NCBI RefSeq assembly: GCF_009914755.1
Contig: NC_060931.1
DNA: 64,000 nt
Direction: 5' to 3' (one strand)
DNA from: the human T2T-CHM13v2.0 reference genome, Homo sapiens
The position numbers and the translations under genes are program-made. Shown here one piece after another: positions 34,979-50,198 of the stretch; position 1 is the first letter of the stretch; every line of letters begins with the position of its first letter. The notes under the pieces were generated by a model that saw only the letters and a program-made list of their open reading frames with translations, was not told where the DNA came from and did not search any database.

Positions 34979-36051
34979 TAGGTTGTGTAACTAGCATCGA
35001 TTTTCTGAAACATTCTCCCATTCCCTCTGGGCTGTGCTGGCATTTGAAATCTTGCTCTTTATCACTCACCCCACCCCCTCCCTGACCCTCAGCTGTCTAT
35101 CCTCATTTCAGTGTCAATTTCATGTTTAGATTCGGTGTCTACCTTGGGGGACAGCTCCTTGTCTGCTCCTGTTCTGGGTAAGAAAACCCAAAGTGAGGTC
35201 CCTTTCCAGAATGGAGAAACCCAAAGCTCCACCTACACACCTCCTCCTGCATGTGGGGCCCCCTACAACCCCCAAATCCCCCCACCGCTGGCGCTGCTCC
35301 GTGCACTGCTTGGCTCTGTGCTCCCTTCTCTCAGAGACTGTGCCACTTCACCAAGGGAAGAGATCTAGGGCTATTTGTCACTCTGTTTAGACGACAAACA
35401 AGGGAGCAAAATGACACTCCCAGGGGACAGCATGGCAGAGACCCCTGAGCACTGGGCACAGTTCTCTACTGTTATGATTTGCTTCTTGCCTTTCCTCCAA
35501 TTCCATCCTTCTCTCTCACTCTGTCCTTGCAAAAGCTGTGTCCTCCCCTCTTCATGCATCCACAAGACGAGGGGTACTGACAGACAGCTTTATCTGGTGC
35601 TCTGACAGTCCCCGTCTGCCACCCCGCCACCTCCATGGTGCCCACAAAAGAAAATAAGGAGGCAGCATTATTGCAGCAGTTTTAATTACCATATGCTAAT
35701 TGGGCCACCTTCAGGCTTGCAGGACAGTGCCATTTCCCTGAGATGAAATGACAGAAGCCCTCGCTTGCTGTGCTCTACTTCCTCCTTCATTGCTCTCAGA
35801 ACATTCAGTACCAGGCATTAGCCTGCACAGATACCCCAGGCAGAGAGGAACCACAACAATGCCTGATGCTGGATGATGAGTTCCACATTCCATCAGATCC
35901 AGAATGAAGTTCCTGACCTGTGTCCCTGGACCTGGGACTTTAAGGGTCCCTGAATGCTTCTCTGCTCCCCAGAGTATGCAAATTTCCTTATGTGGACATA
36001 TAGACATTTGTCTGGGATGATAGCTTTCCTTGGCTTTTCAAATAAGCATCT

Positions 36052-36353
36052 TTCTTTTTTTTTCTTTGAGACAGGGTCTCACTGTGTCACCTAGGCTGCA
36101 GTGCAGTGGCATGATCATGGCTCACTGAAGCCTCAAACTCCTGGGCTCAAGTGATCCTCCCACCTCAGCCTCCCAAGTAGCTGGGACTACAGGTGCACAC
36201 CACCATGCCTGACCAATTTTTAATTTATATTTTTATAGAGATGGGATGTTGCTATGTTGCCCAAGCTTGTCTCAAACTCCTGGTTTCAAGCAATCCTCCT
36301 GTCTTGGTCTCCTAAAGTTTTGCGATTACAGCCATGAGCCACTGAGCCAAGCT
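36052..36353 (-). mobile_element. AluJ
   Basis: Dimer. Confidence 0.92.
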
Positions 36354-37743
36354 GATCTTTTTTCTCAAATAATCAAGCTACCGGCCTAAAGGGAAAAACA
36401 TCTAATTTATCAAGAGTTTCTTTTATTCCCTGAGAGCCCTTGGGAAAGGCAACCTAACAGCCAAAAAAAAAGAAAAGTGAAAGAGAGAATGTAGATTGAG
36501 ATTGAGGTTGGAACAGAGTCAATAATCCAGGAGTTATAAACAAGATGCCAAGCCCTCTCTAGCTGGCCAGAGCAGAAATGATTTGCAGCTAGGTTATAAG
36601 AGTTAATTTAGTTCAATCCATTTGTCTCTTGCCAGGCTTGTTAACCTTTTGGTTCAAATTCCAACCTTTTTTTTTTTTTAAACATAAACTAAGCCTTTAA
36701 TTTCTTGCCCGGGTTACCGCAATGCCTTCCTAACTGGTCTACCTGTATCCACCTTTTAAAAAAATGTTCTGTAATGTTTAAACATACAAACAAAGTGAAA
36801 GAATTTCAAGCTAGCCATGGACCCACAATCTGGACTGGACAGTGAACCTTGTCCTCCCACATCTCTGCCCGTCACGTACACTGTTGTTGCTGTTGTTGTT
36901 TGGGGGACCTGTTTCTCTCTTGCTTCCTTCCAATTTGTTCCCCACATGAAAGCTAGTGATCTTTCGGAAACACAGATCTGATCATACTCCCCAGCCTGCA
37001 TCTCTGATGCGTCCTTAGGTGTGACCAGAAAAGCCTTCAGTGAGCTCAAGCTGGGATGACTCCTGATACAATGATATTGATGAAGATTGAATTAGATTGT
37101 GTGTACAAGTTACAGAGAAAAGTGTCTGTGAAGTGGATTGGTTATGCTACATTAAATTGAAGCACGTAAAATTGGTTTTTAAAAAAGTTAAATACACAAT
37201 ACACACTAATATGACATAAGCCACAGATAAAGAGTCTTTTCAATTAAACCTTCTACTGATTAAAAGTTAATGTTTTGGCTTTAATCAGAGTTCTCACGTT
37301 GCTTTAACATGAAAATCTTTGCATGGCGGCTAGAATTCCAGATGTTTCAGATTTGACGAGGGAAAAAAAACCTGTTTCTTCAACCGTTGTTTTAAATATA
37401 AATTGAGTTTGGCTCATTCATCCAGCCAAAGACACTCTGCATAATGGCGAAATAAATGTGTGACTCCAATGCCATTATCAAATTTAGACCAGAATAGGCA
37501 TCAGCCCAGAGGCTTCAATATGAGGGTCAGGAATTCACATCTTACAGAAAATGCTTTGTTATTCATATGCCAACATTCAGAACGTGATGTGATACATGTT
37601 TCGATTAGAGATATATTAATAGATAAGAGTATCTCGCAGGACTTAGCTTGCATATCATTTTATTACTATTATTATTGAAGGAACATGAAAAAAAAAAATC
37701 TCTCCCAAGGATGCCTCTGTGCACTGCCGCAAACCGAGTCCTA

Positions 37744-38160
<417 letters not shown>

Positions 38161-38379
38161 ATAATAAAATTAGTGAATCAGGTTGTGACAGGATGATTAG
38201 GCAATTGAAAAGTCAGCATCCCTTTCTTTGCTCTCAACAAACCCAGGGGATGTCCAATCCTGAGGTCCCTGACCCCACAGGATGACGATTTCACTATTTC
38301 ATCCTGGTAGACACTCACTTTATCAGACTCCACTGGAGGTCTTTTAGCTAATAAAACAAAGAAAAATCTGCATGAGGGG

Positions 38380-38808
38380 CGTGAATTAGTTTTCTAGGGC
38401 TGCGGTAACAAAGTACCACAACCTAGGCAGCTTAAACAACAGAAAAATGTATGATCTCACCATTCTGGAGGCTACAAGTTCAACATCAAGGTGTTGACAG
38501 AGTCGATTCCTTCTGAGGTCTGTGAAGAAAGACCTCAGACCTCTCTTCCAGACCTCTCTCCTTTGCTTATCGATGACTGTCTTCCTCCTGTACATCTTGA
38601 AATCATCTTCTCTCTATGTATGTCTGTCTCTGTGTCCAAATTTCTCCCCTTTTTATAAGAACATCAGTCAAAGTGGATTAGGGCCAACCCAAATGATGCT
38701 GTTTTGACTTGTTCATCTCCGTAAATGCCCTATCTCTAAGTAAGGTGACATTCTGAGTACTAGAGTTTAGGATTACAACATATTTTGTGGCAGAGACACA
38801 ATTCAAAC
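38380..38808 (-). mobile_element. MaLR LTR (MLT1B/C-like)
   Basis: TTAGTTTTCTAGGGCTGCGGTAACAAAGTACCACA...GACACAATTCAA. Confidence 0.8.
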
Positions 38809-38970
38809 ACTTTATTTTGTCTCGTGTCATTATTTTCTCATAGGTGTGGCTCATTGGTGCAATAATATACCATAGGAAGCTAAGGCAGCCATCTTGCAAC
38901 CAAAAATCATAGAGAAACTAAGAGGGCGACTTAGAAGACTTTGGAACTGCCTACCTTCAAACATTTTGTG

Positions 38971-39102
38971 AAGTAAACAATAGGATTTACTTGGGTTAAG
39001 TAAACAATAGGATTTACTTGGGTTAAGTAAACAATAGGATTTACTTGGATTAAGTAAACAATAGGGTTTACTTGGGTTAAAACATCTTGTTAAGTAAACA
39101 AT
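38971..39102. repeat. 27-bp minisatellite x4 plus partial copy, within an old MLT1-like LTR
   Basis: AAGTAAACAATAGGATTTACTTGGGTT at 38971, 38998, 39025 and 39052. Confidence 0.95.
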
Positions 39103-39198
39103 ATTCTTACAGTTTAAGCCACAATTAGATGAAGTTTTTGTTATTTGCAGCCAAGTCCACGTGAGTTCAGCATATGAACTCATGTAAAAATTAAGATC

Positions 39199-39500
39199 AG
39201 GCTGGGTGAAGTGGCTTATGCCTGTATTCCCAACACATTGGGAGGTCAAGGCAGGAGAATTTCTTGAGGCCAGAAGTTTGAGACTAGTCTGGGAAGACCC
39301 CATCTCTACCAAAAGTAAAATAAAATTTTTAAAAAAATTATCCAGGTGCATTGGCACTTGCCTGTTGTCCCTGCTACTCAGGAGGCTGATGTGGGAGGAT
39401 TGCTTGATTTCAAGAGTTCAAGCCTGCAATGAGCTATTATGGCACCACTGCACTCCAGCCTGGAAGACAGAGCAAGATCCTGTCCCTAGAAAAAATAAAT
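39199..39500 (+). mobile_element. AluJ
   Basis: Diverged dimer. Confidence 0.9.
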
Positions 39501-40248
39501 GAAGCCTAAAATAGAGTCAGCTCTGCCTCCAGCTTTATAGATAATAAGAGATAAATCTTTACTACAAAACATGGTTTCAATATTTGGTAAACAAAACTGA
39601 TGCTACTGGCCCTTTCTGGAGTTATAATGTAGAGAGTGAGAATCAAATGGGATAATGTTTGGTCTTTTTGAAAATTTGAAAACCCAGTAAAATATTCATT
39701 TGTTTATTCATTAAATGGTTAAATACTGAGCACCTCCTATTTGTCAGCACTGGGTTAACTCTAGAGATGGTGTTCAAAAATAGACATGGTCCTTGACCTC
39801 CTAGAGCCTCTGGTCCAGTAGGAGAGATTAACATTAATCAAATCAGCACACAAAGAATTGCCAAATTGGAAAGTAAAAAGTCAAATTCAATACAGTTGTT
39901 TAAACACATGAGAAGTTGGTGAAAGACACTAAATGCTGTCTGTGGATTTCCCATTGATTTCCATCAATACAATGTAAATCTTCATCCCAAGGTTTCCTCT
40001 TTTAAAGAAGAGACTATGTTCTCATTATAATTGTGTTCATATAATTATCCACAATTTAAGACATTTTTGAGAGCTAAAAGGGGCAGTATTAATAATTGTT
40101 CCAGGAAAAAGGGTATAAAGCAGAAATAACCCAAGATTTCAGGACATTCATATGCCCTAGTTATGACGGTGATTTGCACAAGTCCAAAAATGACGTTATT
40201 AGGAACATGCAGATAAGGAGTCAGAAGTCAAAATTTTAATGCTACATA

Positions 40249-40904
<656 letters not shown>

Positions 40905-41224
40905 TCAATAATTTTTCTTCACAGAAAAGCAAAAAGGATGAAAATGATCAGAGATTGATTCTAAATGCTTAATGCCCACTACAGCTGACAGAAATACTTT
41001 GCAAGCGATATTTTGAAATTTGCCAGTGAACTGGTCCAAATTGTGAGAGGAATTAAAACATGAGTTCCATGATATTCTCTACACGTTTCCAAAACTGACA
41101 CCAGTCAGGGATGTCTGTAAGATAACATGCAAAGAAAGATGGCTTAGCAGCTCTGGTTTTGCAAAATGGGCTTGAGACATTTTGATTAAATCGCAGAATT
41201 TTTTTTTCTTTTGCATTGAGCATC

Positions 41225-41607
41225 ACTTTATTGAGATATAATTTATATACATTATAATTCACCTATTTAAAGTGATTCAATGATTTTTAGTATATTCACA
41301 GATGTGTGCATCCATTACCATAGTCAATTTTAGATTATTTTCATCAAAATAAACCTCAAAAGAAACCCCATACTCTTTAGCTCTCAGCCTCTTACCCCCA
41401 ACATCATCACTTCAGTCATAAGTTTGCTTTCTGTCTCTATAGATTTCCCTGTTCTGGACTTTCATATGAATGAATTCATGTACTATGTGATTTTTTAAAT
41501 ATACTTTAAGTTCTAGAGTACATGTGCACAACTTGCAGGTGTGTTACATAGGTATACATGTGCCATGTTGGCTTGTTGCACCCATCAACTCGTCATTTAC
41601 ATTAGAT
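41225..41607 (-). mobile_element. L1MB-like 3' end followed by L1PA 3'-end fragment (from ~41490)
   Basis: CTTTATTGAGATATAATT...; TATACTTTAAGTTCTAGAGTACATGTGCACAAC. Confidence 0.8.
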
Positions 41608-41632
41608 AAATATTTGAAAGATACACTGCATC

Positions 41633-41986
<354 letters not shown>

Positions 41987-42091
41987 CTAAATATTTAATT
42001 AAATCTAATACATCAGCATCCATATGTGTGATTAAGGGGCCACAAAACCACTTTTCACACCTAAAAAATCGCTCCCTTCTCCCTTCTTCCC

Positions 42092-42391
42092 TTTTCTTTC
42101 TTTCTTTCTTTCTTTTTTTTTTTTTTTTTTTTTGAGACCCCCACTCTGTCACCCACGCTGGAGTGCAATGGCACGATTGCAACCTCTGTCTCCCAGGTTC
42201 AAGCGATTCTCCTGCCTCAGCCTTCCAAGTAGCTGAGATTATGGGCTAATTTTTGTATTTTTTGTATTTTCAGTAGAGACAGGGTTTTACCATGTTAGTC
42301 AGGCTGATCTCCAACTCCTGACCTTAGGTGATCCACCCGCCTCGGCCTCCCAAAGTGCTGTGATTACAGGTGTGAACCACCATGCCTGGCC
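42092..42391 (-). mobile_element. Alu (S-type) with internal deletions
   Basis: Dimer with short gaps. Confidence 0.9.
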
Positions 42392-43081
42392 CCTTTTTCC
42401 CTTTTCAAAACAGCTGCAGTTCCTAAAAATCTCACTTCTACTTTGGGTTAAAGCCTGGGCACACCCTGGGACTGGTTTTTACTGTGGGCATAATCTAGGC
42501 AAGTTATTTAATTTCTCTAGATCCCAATTTCCACATGTAAAGTGGGAGTTATAACAGCTACCTTGATTAAATTATAAAATGGCATGAAATAGAATAAATA
42601 CAGACCTGGCACTCAATAATCTTCAATAAATATAATGTCATTATTCTTAGTCCCCTGCCTCTCTCTCCACTTTCAAAAATTCAATTGACATCTGGGAGAG
42701 GTAAAACCCAGGCTTCATTTTTTTGTTTAATAAATGTCTTATTGCCAGATAAGTGCACACATAGCTCATTTTAATGGATGATCATTTAGAAAGGAAATGC
42801 ACCATGCGACCATCAAGCATATCAAGAAAGAAACAGCCCTAGGCCCCCCAGAAACCTCTCATACAGGCTGCATCCTCAAAGGTAGCCCATATACTGGCTT
42901 TTATCACATAAAGTCTGTCTTGCCCATTTTTGAACCTCATACAATGTCTACACTTCTGTGTCTGGCTTCTTCTCCTCAACATTAGATGTGTGAGATTAAT
43001 CCATTTGATCATATGTGGCAATAATTCATTCTCATTGGCTGGAATATTTTATTACATCAATATGTCACGACTAATTTGTGA

Positions 43082-43202
43082 TTGGGTCACTCCAACAAGA
43101 AAAACACTACGACCTGCTGAGGTGCCTGCTAAAGGCAAAAGGAATGCAGAATGGGTAGTAGAAGAAGGTAGTCATCAATATCAGCTACAACCATGTGATC
43201 AG
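43082..43202 (+). mobile_element. HERV-L/ERVL internal fragment (3' end of pol), no LTR
   Basis: Peptide WVTPTRKTLRPAEVPAKGKRNAEWVVEEGSHQYQLQPCDQ resembles the recalled ERV-L pol C-terminus. Confidence 0.8.
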
Positions 43203-43961
43203 CCCTTTGTCAACTATGGGTATTACAAAAATCTTCTCCCACCCTATGCCTTGCCTTTTCACAGACTCAATGATATCTCTTGATAAAGAGGAGTTCATAA
43301 TTTTATATAATTCTTGTATCCATTTACCCATTACACTTGGTATATTTTTTGGCTTAAAAAAAAAATCTTTACCTATATCTAGGTAAGAGAGTCTGGCTAT
43401 ACCTTTACTTTAATCTATACCTTTACTGTTTTAATAAATGAACAGGATATACCCCTCAGAATACCATGAAGATATTCTCCTCTGTGTTCTCCTAAAAGCT
43501 TTTCTGTTTGCCTTTACCATTTAGTTGAAATTCTGTTTGAAGGTTTTTAGTATGATGTGAGGTGGTATCAAGATTACTTTTGTTTTTCCATATGAAGAGT
43601 TGACTCAGTCCCAAGAGATAAAAAGACCTTGTTTTCTCCATATTAATTACTGCAGAGTCACCTTTTTCACGGATCAGATGTCTACGTACGTACAAGCTTT
43701 GTTTCTGGTTTCTTTTCCCTTTCCTTTCTTCTATTTTGCCTTGGGCCAAAACCATATTGTGTTTATTATAGGAGCTTTGTAATAGGCATTAGTACTTAGT
43801 ACTGTTGTCTTTCTAACTTGCTCTTTAACATCGGTTTGGCTATTCTTGGCCCTATGCATCTTATATAACTGTTATAGAAAGTTTCTCAAATTCCATATGA
43901 TAGGCCTTTTGAGATTTTGATTGAAATACTATTGAAATGTAGATAAATTCTAGGAGAATCT

Positions 43962-44257
43962 TGACCATGCACAGTGGCTCACACCTGTAATCCCAGCACT
44001 TTGGGAGGCCAAAGCAGGCAGATCACTTGAGGTCAAGAGTTTGAGATGAGTCTGGCCAACATGATGAAATCCCATCTCTACAAAAAATACAAACATTAGC
44101 TGGGCTTGGTGGTGCCCGCTTACAATCCCAGCTATTCAGGAGGCTGATGCACGAGAATCACTTGAATCCAGGGGCCTGAGGTTGCAGTGAGCCGAGATCA
44201 TGCCACTGCATTACAGTATGGCCAACAGAGCCAGATCATGTCTCAAAAAAAAAAAAA
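43962..44257 (+). mobile_element. Alu (S/J-type)
   Basis: TSD ATT(C/T)TAGGAGAATCT. Confidence 0.93.
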
Positions 44258-44707
44258 TTTTAGGAGAATCTATACCTTTACTGTTTCAATAAATAAACAT
44301 GATATATCCCTCAGTTTACTTAAGTCTTCTTTAATTTCCTTCAGTGATATTTAGTATTTTTCTACATAGCAGTCCTGCATTACTTTTTGTCAGATTTTTT
44401 CTCCAGTCGTTTTATATTTTTTATGCTATCATGATCATTATTTTAAATTTTATTTTCTTGTTGTTTGTTGTTAGTACAAAAAAATGCTTTTGACATAGTG
44501 TTCTTATATCTAGTGACCTTACTAAATTCATTTACTAATTTTATTTATCTGTATAGGCTTTTGAATTTAAAACCAATTAGGTTGTCCACAAATAATGTCA
44601 TTTCATTTTTTCTTTCTGGTCTTTATATGTTTATTTATTTTTCTTGCTGTATTGTAATGGCTAGGAACCACAGTACAACACTGAATAAAAATAGTGATAA
44701 TACATAG

Positions 44708-45027
<320 letters not shown>

Positions 45028-45050
45028 AGAAGGAACATTTTTAATAGTTC

Positions 45051-45732
45051 TGATACAGGAGACAGAAAGAAATTATTTAGGCAGATAGTAAGGGCAACGG
45101 AGTCCTTGGCAGAATTTCCCTTTTAACAAAAAGCAGAATTTCCCTTTTAACAAAAATCATTTCCTTTCTAACAAAGAGCAGCCTGAAAAATAAAGCTGCA
45201 GACATGGATAAGCAAGCTGAAAACTTGAACAGGTGAAAGCCGGCAGCTGTGCCAATAGAAAAGGGCTACCTGGAAGCCAGGTATGTTCAACATGGAGGCT
45301 CCATCTTTCCTTTTCTTTGTCACCATGTGTGCAGTAAAGGAACAGGCAACATGGCACCAGCTAGACAGAGAACCCATCTGCATAATAAAAGATTAGGATG
45401 TGGCAGCCAGCTTTTTCACAAATGACACACCTAGTCCTAACCAGTTTTTCATGCCTTATGCAAATGGCACACGTGGTTCAACCAATCTTTTGTCCCTTAT
45501 CTAAATCAGACACCACCTCCTCAAGCTCATCTATAAAACCCTTTGCATTTCACTGTGGAGCCGGCAACCCATTTCTCCAGGACCCCTCACTCTGTAGCAG
45601 AAAGTGCTCTTCTCTTTTTTTGCCTATTAAACTCCTGCTCTGAACCTCAATCTTTGTGTGTCAGCATCCTAGTTTTCCATGGCCATGAGACAACGAATTT
45701 GGGTATTTACCCCAGACAAAAATGCTGCTTCA
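45051..45732 (+). mobile_element. ERV1 solo LTR (MER50-like)
   Basis: TGATACAGGAG...GCTTCA; near-TSD GTTC/GATC; 24-bp internal duplication at 45109-45156. Confidence 0.82.
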
Positions 45733-46873
45733 GATCCATGTCAAGTATTGCATTTATTATAGCTTCTTTGTCATGTTCTTTTTCAGAATACACTTATATT
45801 TCTTATTTGTTAAGAAATTCTAACTTCCATTTCTAATGTCTTATTTCTACTTCTTATTTATAAGGATTTTTTTCTTTTCATGGCATGTGCTAAATTTTAT
45901 CAGTCACTAAATTACATCAAATGCTTTTTCTATGTCCATTGAAATAATCAGATTTTCCTCATTTACTCTGTTATTGTGGTGAATTGATCAATTTTCCGAT
46001 GTTAAACTAATCTTGCATTCCTGCAAATAATCCCAATTTGGCCTGTTGTACTATCTTTTTTAATAGATTGCTATATTTGGTTTCCTGATTTTTTTAAAGC
46101 TTTTAAATTTTATGTTCAGTAAAATGACTATACACTATTTTTTTCTTTTAATATTACTAAAGTGACTGAACACTGGTTTTCCTTTGTTTCATTACAAGAT
46201 ACTGCTGACCTCATAATAAATTAGGATGTGTTCTCAGTTTTTCTATTTCCTGAAAAAGTTAGTTTAATAATGGCATTGTTTCTTTCTCAAATACTTGGAA
46301 GACTTCACTGGTGATGTCATATAAACCTGGAATTTTCTTTGTGGGGATATTTTTATTTGAAAATATTACTCATTTATTAGATCTGGGTATCTTCACATTT
46401 CTATTTGGTTTTAGCTTTTGTAAGTTGCTTTAAAAAAACTGTCCCTTCCATCAAAGTTGTCAAATTTATTGGCAAATGGTCCAGTATATTTTCTCACTAA
46501 TGTTTAATGTCTAAAAGATTTTTCATTCCTAATGTTAATAATTTTTGTCATCTGTCTTTGATTCATGAACAATAGGAGATTTACTAAGTGGGGGTCTACC
46601 CATTTTATCTGTCTTTTACAAAAATACACTTCTGGATATGTTTATTTTCTCTATATTTTTAATTGACTTTTGTTTTTTGTCTTTATTATTTCCATTCTTC
46701 TACTTCTGTGGCTTTAATTTGCTACTTTTCTAGATGTATATAAGAATAACTGATTTTCAATATTTCTTGTTTTCTAACATATGCAAGCAAAGCTTTAATT
46801 TCCCTCTAAGCATGATTTTAGCTACATCTCACAATTTTGTGATATTTCACATTCAGTATTTTTTCATCCATAA

Positions 46874-47359
<486 letters not shown>

Positions 47360-47791
47360 TAACCAAGTAGGTATAACACAGAATGGAAATAGTCTCTATG
47401 AAGTTATATGATATAATTTGCAGTAGATATTGGCAAGCTACAAAAGCAAAATGTAAAAGAGAACATACAGTGATACTTTTGATATGAGAAAGAAGAGCAT
47501 AGATAAACCTAGTTATAGATGTATATCTTATTTTTACAAAAGAAACAACTCAGGGCAAACAGAAGCTAACAAAATTTCTTATGTACAGAAGATGGATTGA
47601 TATGCTGTGAATGTGATAGAGGAGGAAGTAAGACTTCTTTAAGTGTACATGTTTTTAATAGATTTTGCTTTTGGAAAAGTGGTAATGTTTAACATATTTA
47701 AAAATAACATTAATCCAACAAGAGTGAAAAAGTAAACATCCTTCAACAGAACTATTTGTTAAGCATACTGAAGGGGAAAAAGGAGTAATGC

Positions 47792-48180
47792 TATATTAGT
47801 CTACTGGAGCTTCCCTAACAAAATACCCACAGACTAGGTGTCTTAAACAACAGAAATGTATGGCTTACAGCTCTGGAGGCTGGAAAGTCCAAGATCAGTA
47901 TACTAGCTTTGTCTATTTCATTCTCAGGCCTCTTTTCTTGGCTTGCAGGCCATTGCCTTCTCACTGTGTGCTCACAGGATCTCTACTTTGTGCACACTTA
48001 CAGTGAGCTCTATGGCATCTCTTCTTATAGGCACACTAACCTTATTGTATCAGGGCCCCACTTTTATGACTTCATTTAACCCTAATTATACCCTAAAGGC
48101 CCTATCTTCAAGTACAGTCATGCTGGGGATTAGGGATTCAACATATGGATTTTGGGAGGATACAGTTTAGTTCATAGCAA
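47792..48180 (-). mobile_element. MaLR LTR (MLT1A/B-like)
   Basis: CTTAAACAACAGAAAT...CTGGAGGCTGGAAAGTCCAAGATC. Confidence 0.75.
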
Positions 48181-49659
48181 ATATAAAAACTTTTGAAAAC
48201 AGTACAGAACTTTATACCAGCAGGCTAATGAAAACAAGAACTACAAAAAAATCAGGATCTCTGCTTAGCAGGTTTATTGTTGGGTTGGGTTTCAATGCCA
48301 CATTCTGAAATTATTTTTTATGCATTTTAAAATTGAGCCTTTGCATAAACATACCGATGCTGTTGGGAGCTGGGGTTTTTCACTGATAGAGAAGAAAGAT
48401 ACAAACATGGAATGCAGAAAGGCAATCCTTTGGGTAGGTTAGAATGAAAGGTATCAGTGTGAAATTATCACAGGGCCCAGGATCTATAATATTGCAGTAG
48501 CAATAAGCTCACATGGCATCCGGATTTTGGTTTCTAAATGCCTTTCCCCAAAAGAAGAAACCAGGGATTTCTGAAAAAAACTGGGTGATTCTAGGGCTGG
48601 AACCATGCAAAGTCCAAGATGTGCCTGGAATTTGTGTTATGCCTGTGTACCAGAAAATAATTAAATGCCCTCCCAAAGTGAAGTCACATGTCAAAGGGAT
48701 ACAGAGGCCAACACACCTCAATAAATAGTGGAAATAATAGATGATAACATAATGAATTAAAAGGAATTCATGAATCTATACTGTGACTAACAATATAAAT
48801 GGAGGAATGAATGAATAAATAAATGCATAATTGGATGAATAAAAGGAAAGAATAAAAAGCTTAACTATAGTATACCAACTAATAAATGTAAAAGGGATAA
48901 TAGAAAAATCACTGTTTTGCAACTGTCATTGTAATAACAGATTCAGGCAAAATCATCATCAATGGATTCAGAATTATCAATGGATTCACATTGGGTAAAA
49001 GTATGTGAAGGAACAAGGCATTTATTTACATAGTCTCAAATTATCTTCTAGCAGATTACTTAACTCCAAAAGAAAAAGGAGTATTTTTACAGTGGAGAAA
49101 TCTGGCAGATGCCACCTTAACAACGTGATAAAAGTTATATCACCAATAAGGCACAAGCTGACATCACATGCCTCCTGATGTGACATTGAAAATAAGATCA
49201 ATGGTGTGGTATTCCTGTCAAGAACTCATGGGGAAACACTTAGATTAAACTTAAATTGAGAAAGACTCTGCAAGCAACTGGCCTGTATGCTTCAAAATGA
49301 TAATGTCAAAAAGACAAGGAAAAATAGAAAAATTGTTCCAGACTAAAGGAAATTAAAGGAACTGACAACTAAATGGAGTACATGATCTCAGATTGATCCT
49401 TGCTTGAGAAAAAAGAAAACTGCTATAAAAGACAACATTGGCACAATTGGTAAATTCACATATGGACTATATGTTACAAAATAATGTTGAATCAATGATA
49501 AATTTTCTAGATTTTATCACAGTTATTCAAAATAATGACCTTATTCTTAAGGGATGGATCCTGGATTATTTAGAGATGACAGGTCATGATACCTTCAATT
49601 TATCCCTAAATGTTTCTGCAAAAATAAGAATTGTAATAGAAAAATAAAAGAAATGTAAT

Positions 49660-50068
49660 GCATTACTCATACAATGTGAACAGAGAAACAGAACCAATAG
49701 GATGTGTGCATGTGTAAATACATATACGCAGAGATATACATGTACATGCATAGAGAGAGAGAGAGATTTATTACAAGGAATTGGTTCATGCAATTATGGA
49801 GGCTGACAAGTCCAAAGTCTGCAGTATGGGTTGGCAGGATATTATTACATATGGAGAGCCAATTATTATACATGAAGTTCAGTCAGGCTGCTGGAAAACA
49901 CCCTCTTGCATGAAGAGGTTAGACTTTTTGTTCTATTCAGGCCTTCAACTAATTGGTTAGGCTCATCCATATTATGGAGAGCAATCTGCTTTACTAAATT
50001 GACTTGTTTGAATGTTAATCTCATCCAAAAACACTCGCCAAGTGGACCTATAAAATTGACCATCACGA
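49660..50068 (-). mobile_element. ERVL LTR (MLT2-like)
   Basis: AGAGAAACAGAACCAATAGGA, CTATTCAGGCCTTCAACT, AATGTTAATCTCATCCAAAAACAC. Confidence 0.8.
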
Positions 50069-50198
50069 GTAGCAAAATCTTTACAATTGGTGAATGTAGG
50101 TGAAGGGTCTGTGAGAGTCCATTGCACCACTCTCGCAATTTTTCTCTAGGTTTGATTCTTTCTTCAAAATTAAAAATTACCTTCTATTTTTCATTGTA

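Noticed and set aside
38971-39102. Palindromic 27-bp repeats as CRISPR repeats; NPSKSYCLL peptide repeat
   Set aside because: Head-to-tail with no spacers; a minisatellite, and the ORF runs out of an Alu
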